The notes: generated from the sequence alone by a model not told the origin. Counted from the stretch's first letter, positions 20,236-31,081 are shown. The stretch: DNA of 64,000 nucleotides from Planctomycetota bacterium (GCA_031409275.1 JANNXA010000010.1:32001-96000), one strand, 5' to 3'. Program-made: numbers and translations.

Positions 20236-21197
20236 CGGCGCACCGCGCCGCCCCACTCATGGAACGCATCGATCCCTACGTCGTCGGCGCGCCGCTGCCG
20301 CGCTGGCACGGAGCCGTCGCGACGATCGGCGTCTTCGACGGCGTGCACCTCGGACACCGCGCGATCCTCGATCGCACGTTGACCTGGGCGCGCACGGAAC
20401 ACCGCCCCGCGCTCGTCCTCACGTTCGCCCACCATCCCGACCTCGTCGTGCGGGGACATGAGCCGCAACGACTGCAATCGCTCGACCAGCGCTTGCGCGA
20501 GATCGAGCGCATCGGCATCGACGCGACGCTGGTGCTGCCCTTCGACGCCGCCCTGCGCGAGCTTTCGGCCGAGGAGTTCACGGCACGCATCCTGGTCGGC
20601 AGCCTCGCGCTGCGCGGACTGGTCCTCGGCCACGACACGGCGGTCGGGCGCGATCGCCGCGGCGATGCGCGCCTACTCGATCGGCTTGGCGCCCAACACG
20701 GATTCGCGGTGCAGGCGGTCGGCGAGATCGCGCTCGACGGCGAAGTCGTGTCAAGCTCACGGATCCGCGACGCGCTCCAGCAGGGCGACCTCGCAACGGC
20801 CAGCCGCCTGCTCGGCCGCGCGCCGTCGCTGTTCGGCCGCGTCGTGCACGGGGACGGGCGTGGCCGCTCCATCGGCATCCCGACCGCCAACCTCGATGTC
20901 GACCACGCCTGCGCACCGGGCGGCGGCGTCTACGCGGTGCTGGTGCTCGATGGCACCACGCGTCGTCGCGGGCTGTGCAACATCGGGGTGCGGCCGACCT
21001 TCACGTCCGGCGCGCAGCGAACCGTCGAGGTGCACCTGCTCGACTGGAGCGGGGACCTCTACGGGCGCGAGCTCGAGGTGCTCTTCCTGCAGCGACTGCG
21101 CGAGGAGCGCCGCTTCGCCGGTCCGAGCGAGTTGATCGCGCAGATCCACGCCGACCGCGCTGCCGCGGAGGCGGTACTGCGCCGACTGCCCGACTGA
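20232..21197 (+). CDS. ribF: Bifunctional riboflavin kinase / FAD synthetase
   Basis: IGVFDGVHLGH, VSSSRIR, GRSIGIPTANL, NIGVRPTF, VEVHLLD, LREERRF. Start is 20232 or 20259. Confidence 0.93.
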   Translation: MTAHRAAPLMERIDPYVVGAPLPRWHGAVATIGVFDGVHLGHRAILDRTLTWARTEHRPALVLTFAHHPDLVVRGHEPQRLQSLDQRLREIERIGIDATLVLPFDAALRELSAEEFTARILVGSLALRGLVLGHDTAVGRDRRGDARLLDRLGAQHGFAVQAVGEIALDGEVVSSSRIRDALQQGDLATASRLLGRAPSLFGRVVHGDGRGRSIGIPTANLDVDHACAPGGGVYAVLVLDGTTRRRGLCNIGVRPTFTSGAQRTVEVHLLDWSGDLYGRELEVLFLQRLREERRFAGPSELIAQIHADRAAAEAVLRRLPD

Positions 21198-21221
21198 CGG
21201 CACCCGCGACGCCCCGTGGCG

Positions 21222-21250
21222 TTGACGATCGCGCGCAGCCCCCCTACCAT
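21222..21250 (+). promoter_or_regulatory. Sigma-70-type promoter of tRNA-Phe
   Basis: TTGACG-N17-TACCAT ending 26 bp upstream of the tRNA. Confidence 0.65.
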
Positions 21251-21276
21251 CCCCGCCCTCTTCTTCTGGAAGGGGT

Positions 21277-21352
21277 GGGTAGTTAGCTCAGCTGGTAGAG
21301 CACCGCACTGAAAATGCGGGGGTCGTTGGTTCAAGTCCGACACTACCCACCA
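21277..21352 (+). tRNA. tRNA-Phe (GAA)
   Basis: 76 nt. Acceptor stem GGGTAGT/ACTACCC, D-arm GCTC..GAGC, anticodon arm CCGCA-CTGAAAA-TGCGG, T-loop TTCAAGT, encoded CCA. Confidence 0.96.
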
Positions 21353-21356
21353 TTTT

Positions 21357-21570
21357 GTGCGCCGCAGCCTGGCTGCGGCGTGCGCCAGACGGCGCAGTAC
21401 ACGATTCGGCTCTTGAACCCTGGTCACGCGCCGTCGGCGATGTGGTGCGCCGCAGCCTTGCGGCGGCCGACGCCAGACGACGCCGTTCACGGATCGGCTG
21501 GTAACCCCGGTCACGCGCCGTTGGCGATGTGGCGCGCCGCGGCCTCTCTGCGGCGGGCGCCGAACGGCGC
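21357..21570. repeat. Degenerate tandem repeat (about 87-bp period, about 2.5 copies) with GC hairpins, immediately after the tRNA
   Basis: AACCCTGGTCACGCGCCGTCGGCGATGTGGTGCGCCGCAGCC at 21416 and AACCCCGGTCACGCGCCGTTGGCGATGTGGCGCGCCGCGGCC at 21503. Partial copy from 21357. Confidence 0.8.
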
Positions 21571-21600
21571 TTCGAACTTGGCGCGGAGTCGCGTCCACGG

Positions 21601-23115
21601 ATGACATCGCCGCGCACCGCTCCTCTGGTCCTCACCGCCGCACAGGCGACGCTGGTCCATCTGCCGACCGAAGGGCAGTTCCTGGTCCGCGGCGCAGCCG
21701 GCTCCGGCAAGACCGAAGTGGCGCTTGCGCGCGCGCTCCACGTCGCACGCCAGCCGCTGCTGCATGGCGCCGCTCGTGTCCTGCTGCTCGCCCGCTCGCC
21801 AAGCCTCGCCACCGACCTCGCCGCGCGCCGCGACTCGCTCGCTCCGCAAGCTGCCGCCCGCATCGATGTCGATTGCGCCGCCGGCTGGTGCCACCGCTTC
21901 CTCGCGCCCGCCCCGGCACTGCGCCGCGGCGAGTTCGAGCGACTGGTCGGACTCGCGCTGCAGCTGGTCCGGCGCACGAACCGTCGCCTGGTGTTGCGCC
22001 AGCCGCTCTCCTTCTTCACCAGCGAGTTCGAGTCGATGATGCTCGCGCTCGGCATCGAGCGCCTCGACGAGTACCTGCCGATCGAGCGCGAAGGGCGCGC
22101 GCGCCCGCTCGACGACGAGTCGCGGCGCGCCGTCTTCGCGGTCTTCGATGAGGTCCGTCGCCTCGCCGACCGCTGCGGCCGCGCCTTGCCCCTCGCGCTG
22201 GTGCCCGCTGCGCTGCGCCGTCTCGCGCAGACGCGCGCTCCGCCGTACGACCACGTCGTCGTCGATGACGCCCATCTGCTCGCGCCGATCGAGCTGAAGC
22301 TCGTGCGCGCGCTCGCGAGCGGCGGCAGCCTCACGCTCTTCTCCGCGCTGGAACAGCGATTCGATCCGCTGGCCGCGAAGCTGACCGCGTTGGGGCTCGG
22401 CCGCCTCGACAAGACGGAAGTGCTCCCGCGCTCGTTGCGCGGTCCGAAGGCGATCTACAAGGCGGCGCTCGCGATCCTCCGACGCCGCGGCGCCGCCAGC
22501 AGCAGCGACTTGAAGGCGATCGTCTCCGACGACATCGACGGACCGCGGCCGCGACTCATCGTCGCCGCCGACTGGAGCGGCGAACTCGACGCGCTGATCG
22601 CCGCGTTGCAGCAGCTCCAGAAGCAAGGGCGCGCGCTGCGAGACGCCGTCGTGCTCGCCTCCAGCGAAAGCGACCTCGAGCTCGTGGCGGCGGTCCTCGC
22701 CGCCGTCGGAGTGCCGGCGCAGTTCGTGCGCGACGAGGAGGCCGGCGCCGCGCGCGCCGACGCCGTTCGCCTCTGCCCGCTCGCCGTCGCGCAAGGACGC
22801 GAGTTTCCGCTCGTCTTCCTGCTCGACTGCAATCTCGGCGCCTACCCGCGCCAGAAGCAGGAGCTCGCCCCGCACGAGCGACCGCTCGCCGCCGAGACCG
22901 CGGCGCGCTCGCTCCATCTCGCGCTGACCCGCGCGACCGAGGAGGTCGTGCTCTTCGCCAGCGAAGCGACCCTCTCGCCACTGCTGCCAAAGAAGCTGAT
23001 CGCGCTCGAGCGGGCCGCGGGGACGCCGGCCAGCTCCTGCCCGACACGACTCGACCGCCAGCGATATCGTCCGCGCGCGGGTCCGGACGACCGGACGCCG
23101 TCCCCTCGCCGCTGA
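21601..23115 (+). CDS. Divergent UvrD/SF1-like helicase-domain protein
   Basis: Walker A GAAGSGKT, Walker B VVVDDAH, AQGREF, motif VI-like LHLALTRA. Confidence 0.75.
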   Translation: MTSPRTAPLVLTAAQATLVHLPTEGQFLVRGAAGSGKTEVALARALHVARQPLLHGAARVLLLARSPSLATDLAARRDSLAPQAAARIDVDCAAGWCHRFLAPAPALRRGEFERLVGLALQLVRRTNRRLVLRQPLSFFTSEFESMMLALGIERLDEYLPIEREGRARPLDDESRRAVFAVFDEVRRLADRCGRALPLALVPAALRRLAQTRAPPYDHVVVDDAHLLAPIELKLVRALASGGSLTLFSALEQRFDPLAAKLTALGLGRLDKTEVLPRSLRGPKAIYKAALAILRRRGAASSSDLKAIVSDDIDGPRPRLIVAADWSGELDALIAALQQLQKQGRALRDAVVLASSESDLELVAAVLAAVGVPAQFVRDEEAGAARADAVRLCPLAVAQGREFPLVFLLDCNLGAYPRQKQELAPHERPLAAETAARSLHLALTRATEEVVLFASEATLSPLLPKKLIALERAAGTPASSCPTRLDRQRYRPRAGPDDRTPSPRR

Positions 23116-23151
23116 CGCCCCATTTCGCTCGATGGCTCCAGGCCGCGAACC

Positions 23152-25977
23152 ATGCCCACCGAAGAGCGCCCACGACCCGATCGCACGCGCCTGCGCGAGA
23201 TCGTCGGCGATTGCCTCGAGCAGATGGAGCTGACCGGCTCGCGCGCCATCGAGGAGGCGTGCCAGCGCCATCCCGATCTCGCCGAGTCGATCCGGCGCCG
23301 CCTCGACCGATTGCGCGAGCTTGGCCTCTCGACGACCGCGGCCGCGCCGTGGACGGTGCTCAGCCGGCTCGGCGACTTCGACCTCGGCGCACCGATCGGC
23401 AGCGGCGGGATGGGCGTCGTCTACCACGCTCGTCAGCGGTCGCTCGCACGCGACGTCGCGTTGAAGGTGATCCGACCCGACCAGCAGTGGGCCGCCTCGG
23501 CCCAATCGCGGTTCCGCCGCGAGATCGAAGCGGTCTCGCGCCTGCAACACCCCTCGATCGTGCAGATCCACGCCGTCGGCGAGGATCAGGGCGTCGCCTA
23601 CTTCGCGATGGAGCACATCCCCGGATGCACCCTCGCCGCCCTCATCGATCGGCTGCACGGGCGATCGCCGCAGGAGCTGTCGGGCGACGACTTCTGGGCG
23701 GAGGTGGGTGCGACGGTCGCCGCCGATACGCCGCGCGCCGACTCGAAGATCGACACGCGGCTGCGCGGCCGCAGCTGGGTCGACACCTGCGTGCACGTCG
23801 CGCAGCAGTTGGCGATCGCGCTCGACCACGCGCATCGACGCGGCGTCCTCCATCGCGACGTCAAGCCGCAGAACGTGATGGTGACGCCGGAAGGCCGCGT
23901 CGTCCTCATGGACTTCGGGCTCGCCGTCACCGCCGGCTCCGACAAGCTCACTCGCTCCGGCGCCGAGCTTGGCTCCTTGCTCTACATGGCGCCTGAGCAG
24001 CTGCGCGGCCACCAGGAGGCGATCCGCGAAACGACCGACGTCTACGGCGTCGGCGCGACGCTCTACGAACTGCTGACGCTGCGGCCCGCCTTCGGCGTCG
24101 GCTCCGATGCGGCGATCCGCCAGAACATCCTGAGCGGCGAGTTCCCCGCGCCGCGCACGCTGCTCCCATCGCTGCCGTGGGACGTCGAGACGGTCTGCCT
24201 CGTCGCCATGGAGAAGGACCCCAGCCGTCGCTACGCCAGCGCAGCCGCGCTCGGCGAGGACCTCGAACGGCTGCTGCAGCGCCACTCGATCGAAGCGCGT
24301 CGTCCGGGAACGGTGCTGCGCGTGCGCCGCTGGATCGAGCGCCACCCGGCGCTCGCCGTCGCGCTCACGCTGATGACGGTCCTGACCGCGGCGTCGACGC
24401 TCTTCGCGTGGCAGCAACGCGCCTCCAACCGGGCGACGAGCGCCGCGCTCGACAATGTCGTTCGGCAGTCGGAACGCGCAGGCCGCAACGTGAAGCGCGC
24501 GCAGAAGGCGGTCGATCTGATGCTGACGCGCTTCGCCAACACGCATCTGAAGAACGTTCCGCAGTTCGAGCAGATCCGCATCTCGCTGCTCGAGGATGCC
24601 GTCGCGCTCCAGCAGGAAATGCTGAGCGAGGAGGGTGACGACCCGCAGGTGCGCCGCGAAGCCGCCGATGCCTATGACCGGCTGAGCTCGATGCAGCAGC
24701 AGCTCGGCCGCACCGACGAGGCGCTGGCTTCGATCGAGAAGGCGCTCGAGCTGCGCGAGGCGCTCCACGCCGACCGGCCCGACGATCTGCTGGGCAACGA
24801 CCAGATCGCGCTCGGCCATCACGACCTCGCGAACAACTACCGCGCACTCGGCCGTTGGGAAAATTCGGAGCGCCACTTCCGCAAGGCGATCGCCACCAGC
24901 GAAGCCTCGATCCGCGCCCATCCGGCCGAACGGCAGGGATTCACCGTCACCTTGGCGCGCTCGCTGAACGACCAGGCGATCAATTTCAACGAGCAGTCGC
25001 GCCATGCGGAGGCCATCGCCTCGTGCCGTCGCGCGTTGGAGCTGATCGAGCCGTTCGCGCGGCAGAATCCGAAGAACGAACGGATGGCCAACCAGGTCGC
25101 CGCCGCGCTGCAGACGCAGGGTCCGCCGCTCGTGAGCCTCGGCCGGATCGACGAGGCGGTCGCGGCGCTACAGGCCGCCGTGCCATGGCGCGAGCAACTC
25201 GTCGCGCTGCTGCCTCGGGAGATCGAGCATCGCCGTCAACTCGGCCTGCTGCGCTACGAACTGAGCCATGCGCTGCGCCTGCAAGGCGACGCCGAAGAGG
25301 CCTCCGGCGAAATCGACGCGTCCATCGAAGTGCAGCGCGCGCTCCTCGCCGACTACCCGAGCGCGCTCGGCGTACAGTGGGATCTCGCGCAGTCGTTGCA
25401 CGAGCGCGGCCTGGTGATGAAGGAACGCGCGGAAAGCGAAGAGTCGCTCGCGAGCCTGCGCGAAGCGATCCGCTGGTACGAACCGCTCGTCGCCGCTGCG
25501 CCCGATCAACCCGGCTACTCGCACGAGCTCGGCTGGACGCTCTCGGACCTGGCGGCGAGCCTGCTCGAGCAGGGCGATGCGGAGACGGCGGAAAAGCTGG
25601 TGGCGCGAGCGGTCGAGCTGCAGACCGCCTGCCTCGCGATCGGCCCGACGATCGAGGTGTATCAGGAGTGCCTCCTCGACCACTTCCGCGTCCAGCGCGA
25701 CTGCTTCCTCGCCCGCGGCGATCGCGCGGCCGCACTGGCACTCGCCGCACGAGCGGCGGAGGTCGCGTTCCTCCCGAAGTTCCACCGCGCGGTGATCGCG
25801 TTCCGGGCCGCCACCCTCGCCCGCTGCGACGAGATCGAACGCGCGAAGCTCCTCCTGCAGGACGCCGCCGCGGAATCGGCCGCCGACTCGAACGCGGCGG
25901 CGGCCGCCGCCGACCTCGACGTCCTGCGCAACCACCCCGATCTCGCGAAGCTGCTCGAAGCGTGGCAGCACCTCTGA
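23152..25977 (+). CDS. Hanks-type Ser/Thr protein kinase with C-terminal TPR repeats
   Basis: IGSGGMGVVY, VALKVI, HRDVKPQN, MDFGLA, YMAPEQ, DVYGVG, a hydrophobic segment, then TPRs. Confidence 0.93.
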   Translation: MPTEERPRPDRTRLREIVGDCLEQMELTGSRAIEEACQRHPDLAESIRRRLDRLRELGLSTTAAAPWTVLSRLGDFDLGAPIGSGGMGVVYHARQRSLARDVALKVIRPDQQWAASAQSRFRREIEAVSRLQHPSIVQIHAVGEDQGVAYFAMEHIPGCTLAALIDRLHGRSPQELSGDDFWAEVGATVAADTPRADSKIDTRLRGRSWVDTCVHVAQQLAIALDHAHRRGVLHRDVKPQNVMVTPEGRVVLMDFGLAVTAGSDKLTRSGAELGSLLYMAPEQLRGHQEAIRETTDVYGVGATLYELLTLRPAFGVGSDAAIRQNILSGEFPAPRTLLPSLPWDVETVCLVAMEKDPSRRYASAAALGEDLERLLQRHSIEARRPGTVLRVRRWIERHPALAVALTLMTVLTAASTLFAWQQRASNRATSAALDNVVRQSERAGRNVKRAQKAVDLMLTRFANTHLKNVPQFEQIRISLLEDAVALQQEMLSEEGDDPQVRREAADAYDRLSSMQQQLGRTDEALASIEKALELREALHADRPDDLLGNDQIALGHHDLANNYRALGRWENSERHFRKAIATSEASIRAHPAERQGFTVTLARSLNDQAINFNEQSRHAEAIASCRRALELIEPFARQNPKNERMANQVAAALQTQGPPLVSLGRIDEAVAALQAAVPWREQLVALLPREIEHRRQLGLLRYELSHALRLQGDAEEASGEIDASIEVQRALLADYPSALGVQWDLAQSLHERGLVMKERAESEESLASLREAIRWYEPLVAAAPDQPGYSHELGWTLSDLAASLLEQGDAETAEKLVARAVELQTACLAIGPTIEVYQECLLDHFRVQRDCFLARGDRAAALALAARAAEVAFLPKFHRAVIAFRAATLARCDEIERAKLLLQDAAAESAADSNAAAAAADLDVLRNHPDLAKLLEAWQHL

Positions 25978-26019
25978 GGCGCAGACGCCTTCGCGCTTGG
26001 CACGATCGCCGCTCCTGGT

Positions 26020-28628
26020 CTACTCCTCGCGCAGCGCGATCCGGGCGCCGCGCGGAACCAAGATCGGCGCGTCGCTCGCGGGCTTGCCGAGCGCCACCCA
26101 CTGCAGGACCCGGCGCAGCTGCGCCGGAATCTCGACCCCGTCGATCGCTTCGACGGTGAAGCCGCGGCCGATCTCGATGGCGGCGCGCTCCTCGACGGCC
26201 GCGTGCAGCGTGATCGGCACGCCGACCGCGAAGGGCGGCACGTCGGCGACGCCCGCCAGGACGCCGCGCACGTCCCCCACGACGACCCAAAGCCAGCGGC
26301 CAGCGGCGATGGCGACGGGCTCGCGCGACTTTGCCCCTCGCAGCGCCACCAGCGCGCGCGACTCGGTGTCGAGCGCACCGCGCTCGTCGACGCGGAGCAA
26401 GAGCAACAGCGAATCCTCCGGCAGCGCCACGTGGTCCGACGCTCGATCGGTGGCGAACAGGAGGTCGCGAGCGTCACCCGCGGCGAGTTCGAACTCGACC
26501 ATCGCCGTGGTGGCCGGGTCGACCCGCTTTCGCTGCTTCACGCCCGCCTCGCCGTCGCGCTGCTCGCTCCAGCCGACCTCGATCTCGGTCGGCACTTCGA
26601 GGCGCAGCCGCCGCTCGAAGGTGCCACCGTGCAGTGGCACGGTCGTCGCGAGCGGCGTCACCTCGTCCGGATCGCTGACGTCGAGGTGGAGGTAGCCGCC
26701 CGTTGGACAGCTGCGCACGCGCAGCACGACGTCACTTCCCGGTCGTAGCGCCAGCGCGATCGGCCCGACATCCTCCTCACCGACCTCGACGCGAGCGACC
26801 TTCGAGGCACGCAGCAAGTCGCGCTCGGCCCAGACCAGATAGTTGGAGCCGGGGGCCACTTCGAGCGACCAGCCGCCCTCGGCCGTCAGCTCGATGGCGA
26901 GGTCGCGCCGCTGCGGCCGCTCGTTCGCCACTGCCTTGGCCCAGAAGAGCTGCAACGTCCCCTCGCCGTTTGCGCCGGCTTCGAGCCATTCGCGCGGCAC
27001 TGTCCCGAAGACTCGACGCGTCGATCGCTCGAGATCGATCCGGAGCGTCGCGCGCACGACATCCGCCGAATCCTCATCGAGCGCCAGCGTCCGCACTGGC
27101 TCCTTCAATGTCGCCATCCGAACACCGGAACCGAGCGCCGTCCCCGAATCGCGCGGAGCGCCACGAACGTCCATCGAACCGTCGCGGCGCACCTCCACGC
27201 GGCCGATCTCCGGCAGACCCGCCATCCGCGCCACGCCGTCGCGGCCCGAGCGGACGTAGCGGCCGTGATTGCGCCAGCTCTCACGGAAGAAGGTCCGCTC
27301 GACGATGACCGCGGTGTCCACGTGAAGCTCGACACCGGGAGCGATGCGACCGGTGCGCCGATCGAGGAGGGTGAGCTCCAGTCGGCGGCCGCTCGTCAGC
27401 GCCAGGTCGACCTCGGTGTCGTCGTCGTCGATGTCGAAGCGCCGCGGAACCGTCTCGTCGCTGGTCACCCACAATGTCCCCTCGCCGGTGGGACGCGGAG
27501 CGAGCCGATAGGTGGCGTCCAACGCGTGAATGCGAACGCCCTCCTCTTCGAGCACGACGTTGTCCCAACCCGGCGTGAGGGTCAGACCGAGCGGCACGCG
27601 GGCGACGCCATCGACGGTGACACGACCGCGCAGCGCCGTGTCGGGCGACGACTCGCCGACGATGAGGCGCAGCGGGCGCCAACGATGCGGCTCGCCGCGG
27701 CGCGCGGTCGGCTCGCTTTCGCGATCGATGACCTTGCGCACGGACGTCGGCGAGAACGCCGCCACCGAGGCGCTGATCGTGACGAGGCGAGTCGTCGCCG
27801 GCAGTCGCAGCTCGGTCACGTCGCCATCGATCGCGACATCGAACGCGCGCGAAGGCTCGAAATCGGCGATCTGCTCGTCGAATTCGCCGCTCGCGCCGGG
27901 AGGCGGGAACTCGCGCCAGGAACCGTGGATGCGGCCGCTGCGGCAGGGCTCGCCGCTCGCGTTCACGACTTCCACCGGGATCACCGTGCTGGTGGCGTCG
28001 CTCGCAACCGGAGGCGGTGCCGCGTCCGCTGGCAGGTCGGCGACCCGCGCGCCATCGATGGCACGCGCACTCTCGGTCGTTGCGCTGTCGACCGGCTGCG
28101 ACTGCGGAGCGAGCGGCGCGCGAGGTCGCAACGACCGCTCGCTGCGTTGCCACTGCCAGGTCGCCGTCGCGCCCAGCGCGAGCACGACTCCGGCAACGAT
28201 CGCCACGCTCTTCGTCTTCATCGCCATCGCAACGACTCCCGGTCCGGCGAGGAGCACTCCCGCCCATTGACGCGTCGGCGCGCCGAACTCGCGATCGAGC
28301 TGCTGACGCAACTGCGTCAGCCCACGCTCAAGCCGCTTCCTCACCACGTCCTCGCTGCACTGCATGCGCGCCGCGACGTCGCGCGTCGGGAGTTCGTCGA
28401 AGTAACGGTAGAGAACCGTCGAGCGGTAGGCTCATCACCGCGGCCACGACGCGCTGCTGGCGGGCGCTGCGCTCGACGATCTCGTGCGGCTCGTGTGACG
28501 TCGGCGACGGCAGCATCACGCACCAACGCCAGCGCCAGCCGCTGCACCCACGCGACGTGGCCGGCCAGCTCGACCGGGTCGAACGGCGAGGCGGGCGCAG
28601 GCAAAGCGGGTGGTGGCGGCGGCGGCAT
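26020..28628 (-). pseudogene. ECF sigma factor fused to a TM segment and large extracytoplasmic domain; sigma part disrupted by two frameshifting deletions
   Basis: Three frames: MPPP...HVAWVQRLALALVRDAAVAD (28628-~28500), HEIVERSARQQRVVAAVMSL (~28490-28430), and YRSTVLYRYFDELPTRDVAARMQCSEDVVRKRLERGL running into the long 26020 ORF. Most of region 2 is missing. Confidence 0.75.
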
Positions 28629-28681
28629 GCGTGGGAATGATGGAGCGCGACCGCGCCGCGTGACATCCCCCGGAGCCGTTC

Positions 28682-30865
28682 ATGGCCATTCCGCTCTTCG
28701 CGGCGCTGCTGGCACCGCTGTTCGCCGCCTTTTCCGCGCGCGCCGACGACTGGCTGGTCGCCACCGAGCCGCCCGCCCCAACGCAGGCCGGGATCAGCGG
28801 CGATGGGCGCTTCGCGACGCTGCGCAACGGGCTGATCGAGAGGACCATCGCGATCGCGCCCGGGGTCGCGACGACGAGCCTGCGCTGGATCGGCGGCGAG
28901 GAGCGGGTGCGGGCCGTCGAACCGGAGGCGCTGCTGACGATCGACGGCGTCGTCCATGCGATCGGCGGACTGACCGGCGCGCCCGATCGCGCCTTCCTGC
29001 TGCCGAAGTGGCTCGAGGACGGCACGTTGAAGGCGTCCGAGTCGGCTTTCCGCTTCGCGGGGGTGAAGTTCCGGCCCGCGCAACCGTGGCTCGACTGGAA
29101 GCGGGCGCGCCCGGGGTCGGATGCGCCGTGGCCGCCGGCGGGCCGGGAGCTCACTCTGCGCTTCGAGGGAAGCAGCGACGCCACGCACGGCCTCATCGTC
29201 GACGTCCACCACGCGATCTACGACGGGATTCCGGTAGCCGCAAAGTGGATCGAGATCGCGAACGGCAGCGAACGCGCGCGATCGATCGACGCCTGCGTCA
29301 GCGAGCGTCTCGCGCTGGTCGAGGGTGAGTCCTCGGTCGAGAAGCGGCCCGGCGCCGCTTGGGAGTTGCCGGCGATCGAGGTGCTCTCCGACTACTTCTT
29401 CGGCGGCAGCGATCGCGACAGCGCCGACAAGTTCTCCCGCTTCCTGCCCGATCCGGCCTACGCGACGCAGGTGAACTACCGGCTCGACACCCCCTGCCTG
29501 CTCGAGTGCGCGCCGCCGATCGGGCCGGGCGTCACGCTCGCGCCAGGCGCGACGTTCCGCTCGCCCTTCGCCTTCCTCGTGCTGCACGACGAGGGGAGCG
29601 GCGGCCCCAGCGGCGGCGGCGATCGCGAGCGGCGCGGCCTGACGCTGCGACGCGTCTGGCGGACGCTCGCGCCGTGGACGGGCGAGAACCCGCTGATGAT
29701 GCACGTGCGCAACGCCGAGCGCGGCGCGTTTCGCCTCGCGGTCGACCAGTGCGCCGACGTCGGATTCGAGATGGCGATCGACACCTTCGGCAGCGGCCTC
29801 GACATGGAGAGCCGCGATCCCGCCTACGTCGCCGCCATCCAGGAGGATGTCGCCTACGCCCACGCGAAGGGGATCGAGGTCGGCGCCTACTCGCTCTTCT
29901 CCAGCCGCTCGATCGGCCCCACCGTCGACGTGATCGATCCGGCCACCGGCCAACCGGGTGGCGCGCAGTTTGGCAGCGCACCGTGCCTCGCCAGCGATTG
30001 GGGCGCGAGCTACCTCGCGCAACTGCGCTGGTTCATCGAATCGACCGGCCTCGACCTGCTGGAGCACGACGGCCCCTATCCAGGCGATCGCTGCGCTTCG
30101 ATCGTGCACTCCGGCCACCGCGGCCTCGCCGACTCGCAATGGGCGCAGTGGCGCGCGAGCGCCGACTTCTACGGCTGGTGCCGTGCGCGCGGCGTCTACC
30201 TGAACCAGCCCGACTGGCATTTCTTCGTCGGCGGCAGCAAGACGGCGATGGGCTACCGCGAAACCAACTGGTCGCTGCCGCGGGAACTTCAGCCGCTGCA
30301 TGCGCGGCAGAACCTCTACGACGGAACGTGGGAGAAGACGCCGTCGATGGGCTGGAGCTTCGTGCCGCTCACCGAGTACCAGGGCGGCGGCGCGGCCGCG
30401 ACGATCGAACCGCTCTCCGACCATCTCGCCAGCTACGAGCAGCACCTCGCCAGCACGCTCGGTGCCGGAGTCCAGGCGTGCTGGCGCGGCCCGCGCCTCT
30501 ACGACAGCGACGCGACGCGGGCACTGGTCACGCGCTGGGTCGCCTGGTTCAAGCAGCACCGCGCGATCCTCGAGTCCGACCTGATCCACGTGCGCCGTCC
30601 CGACGGCCGCGATGTCGACCTGCAGCTCCATGTGAACCCGCGCCTCGAAGAGCGGGCGCTGGCGGTCTTCTTCAACCCGCTCGACGTGGCGGTCACGCGC
30701 GACCTCGTGCTGCCGCTCTACTACGCCGGACTTCGCAACGGAGCGCTCCTGATCGCGTCCGATGGTTCATCGCGCGCGATCGAACTCGATGCGCAGTCGC
30801 GTGCCACGGTGCAGATCAAGCTGCCGCCGAACGGGATCGACTGGGTCGTGCTGAAGCGGAGCTAG
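28682..30865 (+). CDS. Secreted glycoside hydrolase, alpha-galactosidase-like (GH36/clan D-like)
   Basis: Signal peptide, ENPLMMH, VGFEM..TFGSG, LEHDGPYPG, MGYRETNWSLPR. Family recalled from motifs. Confidence 0.7.
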   Translation: MAIPLFAALLAPLFAAFSARADDWLVATEPPAPTQAGISGDGRFATLRNGLIERTIAIAPGVATTSLRWIGGEERVRAVEPEALLTIDGVVHAIGGLTGAPDRAFLLPKWLEDGTLKASESAFRFAGVKFRPAQPWLDWKRARPGSDAPWPPAGRELTLRFEGSSDATHGLIVDVHHAIYDGIPVAAKWIEIANGSERARSIDACVSERLALVEGESSVEKRPGAAWELPAIEVLSDYFFGGSDRDSADKFSRFLPDPAYATQVNYRLDTPCLLECAPPIGPGVTLAPGATFRSPFAFLVLHDEGSGGPSGGGDRERRGLTLRRVWRTLAPWTGENPLMMHVRNAERGAFRLAVDQCADVGFEMAIDTFGSGLDMESRDPAYVAAIQEDVAYAHAKGIEVGAYSLFSSRSIGPTVDVIDPATGQPGGAQFGSAPCLASDWGASYLAQLRWFIESTGLDLLEHDGPYPGDRCASIVHSGHRGLADSQWAQWRASADFYGWCRARGVYLNQPDWHFFVGGSKTAMGYRETNWSLPRELQPLHARQNLYDGTWEKTPSMGWSFVPLTEYQGGGAAATIEPLSDHLASYEQHLASTLGAGVQACWRGPRLYDSDATRALVTRWVAWFKQHRAILESDLIHVRRPDGRDVDLQLHVNPRLEERALAVFFNPLDVAVTRDLVLPLYYAGLRNGALLIASDGSSRAIELDAQSRATVQIKLPPNGIDWVVLKRS

Positions 30866-31081
30866 TGAATCGAGCGGGTGGCGGCACGGTGCGATCCGGG
30901 ACCCGGTTTCCGCGCGCTCTCCTTCCGTAGCCAACGGCCTCCGCCGTCATTTCGGCGACATTCATGGCATTCGACGGAGTTTTCTCCGATCGGAAGGGTC
31001 TTGGTGACGTTGGGGGTGTCGACCGCGACGGGCGCTGCTCTGCCGACCGTCGCATCGTGAGAAGGAACTTGGGGAGAGGTC

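Noticed and set aside
21277..30865. tRNA-anchored genomic island or prophage
   Set aside because: No integrase, no duplicated tRNA 3' end noticed, and no obvious compositional shift.
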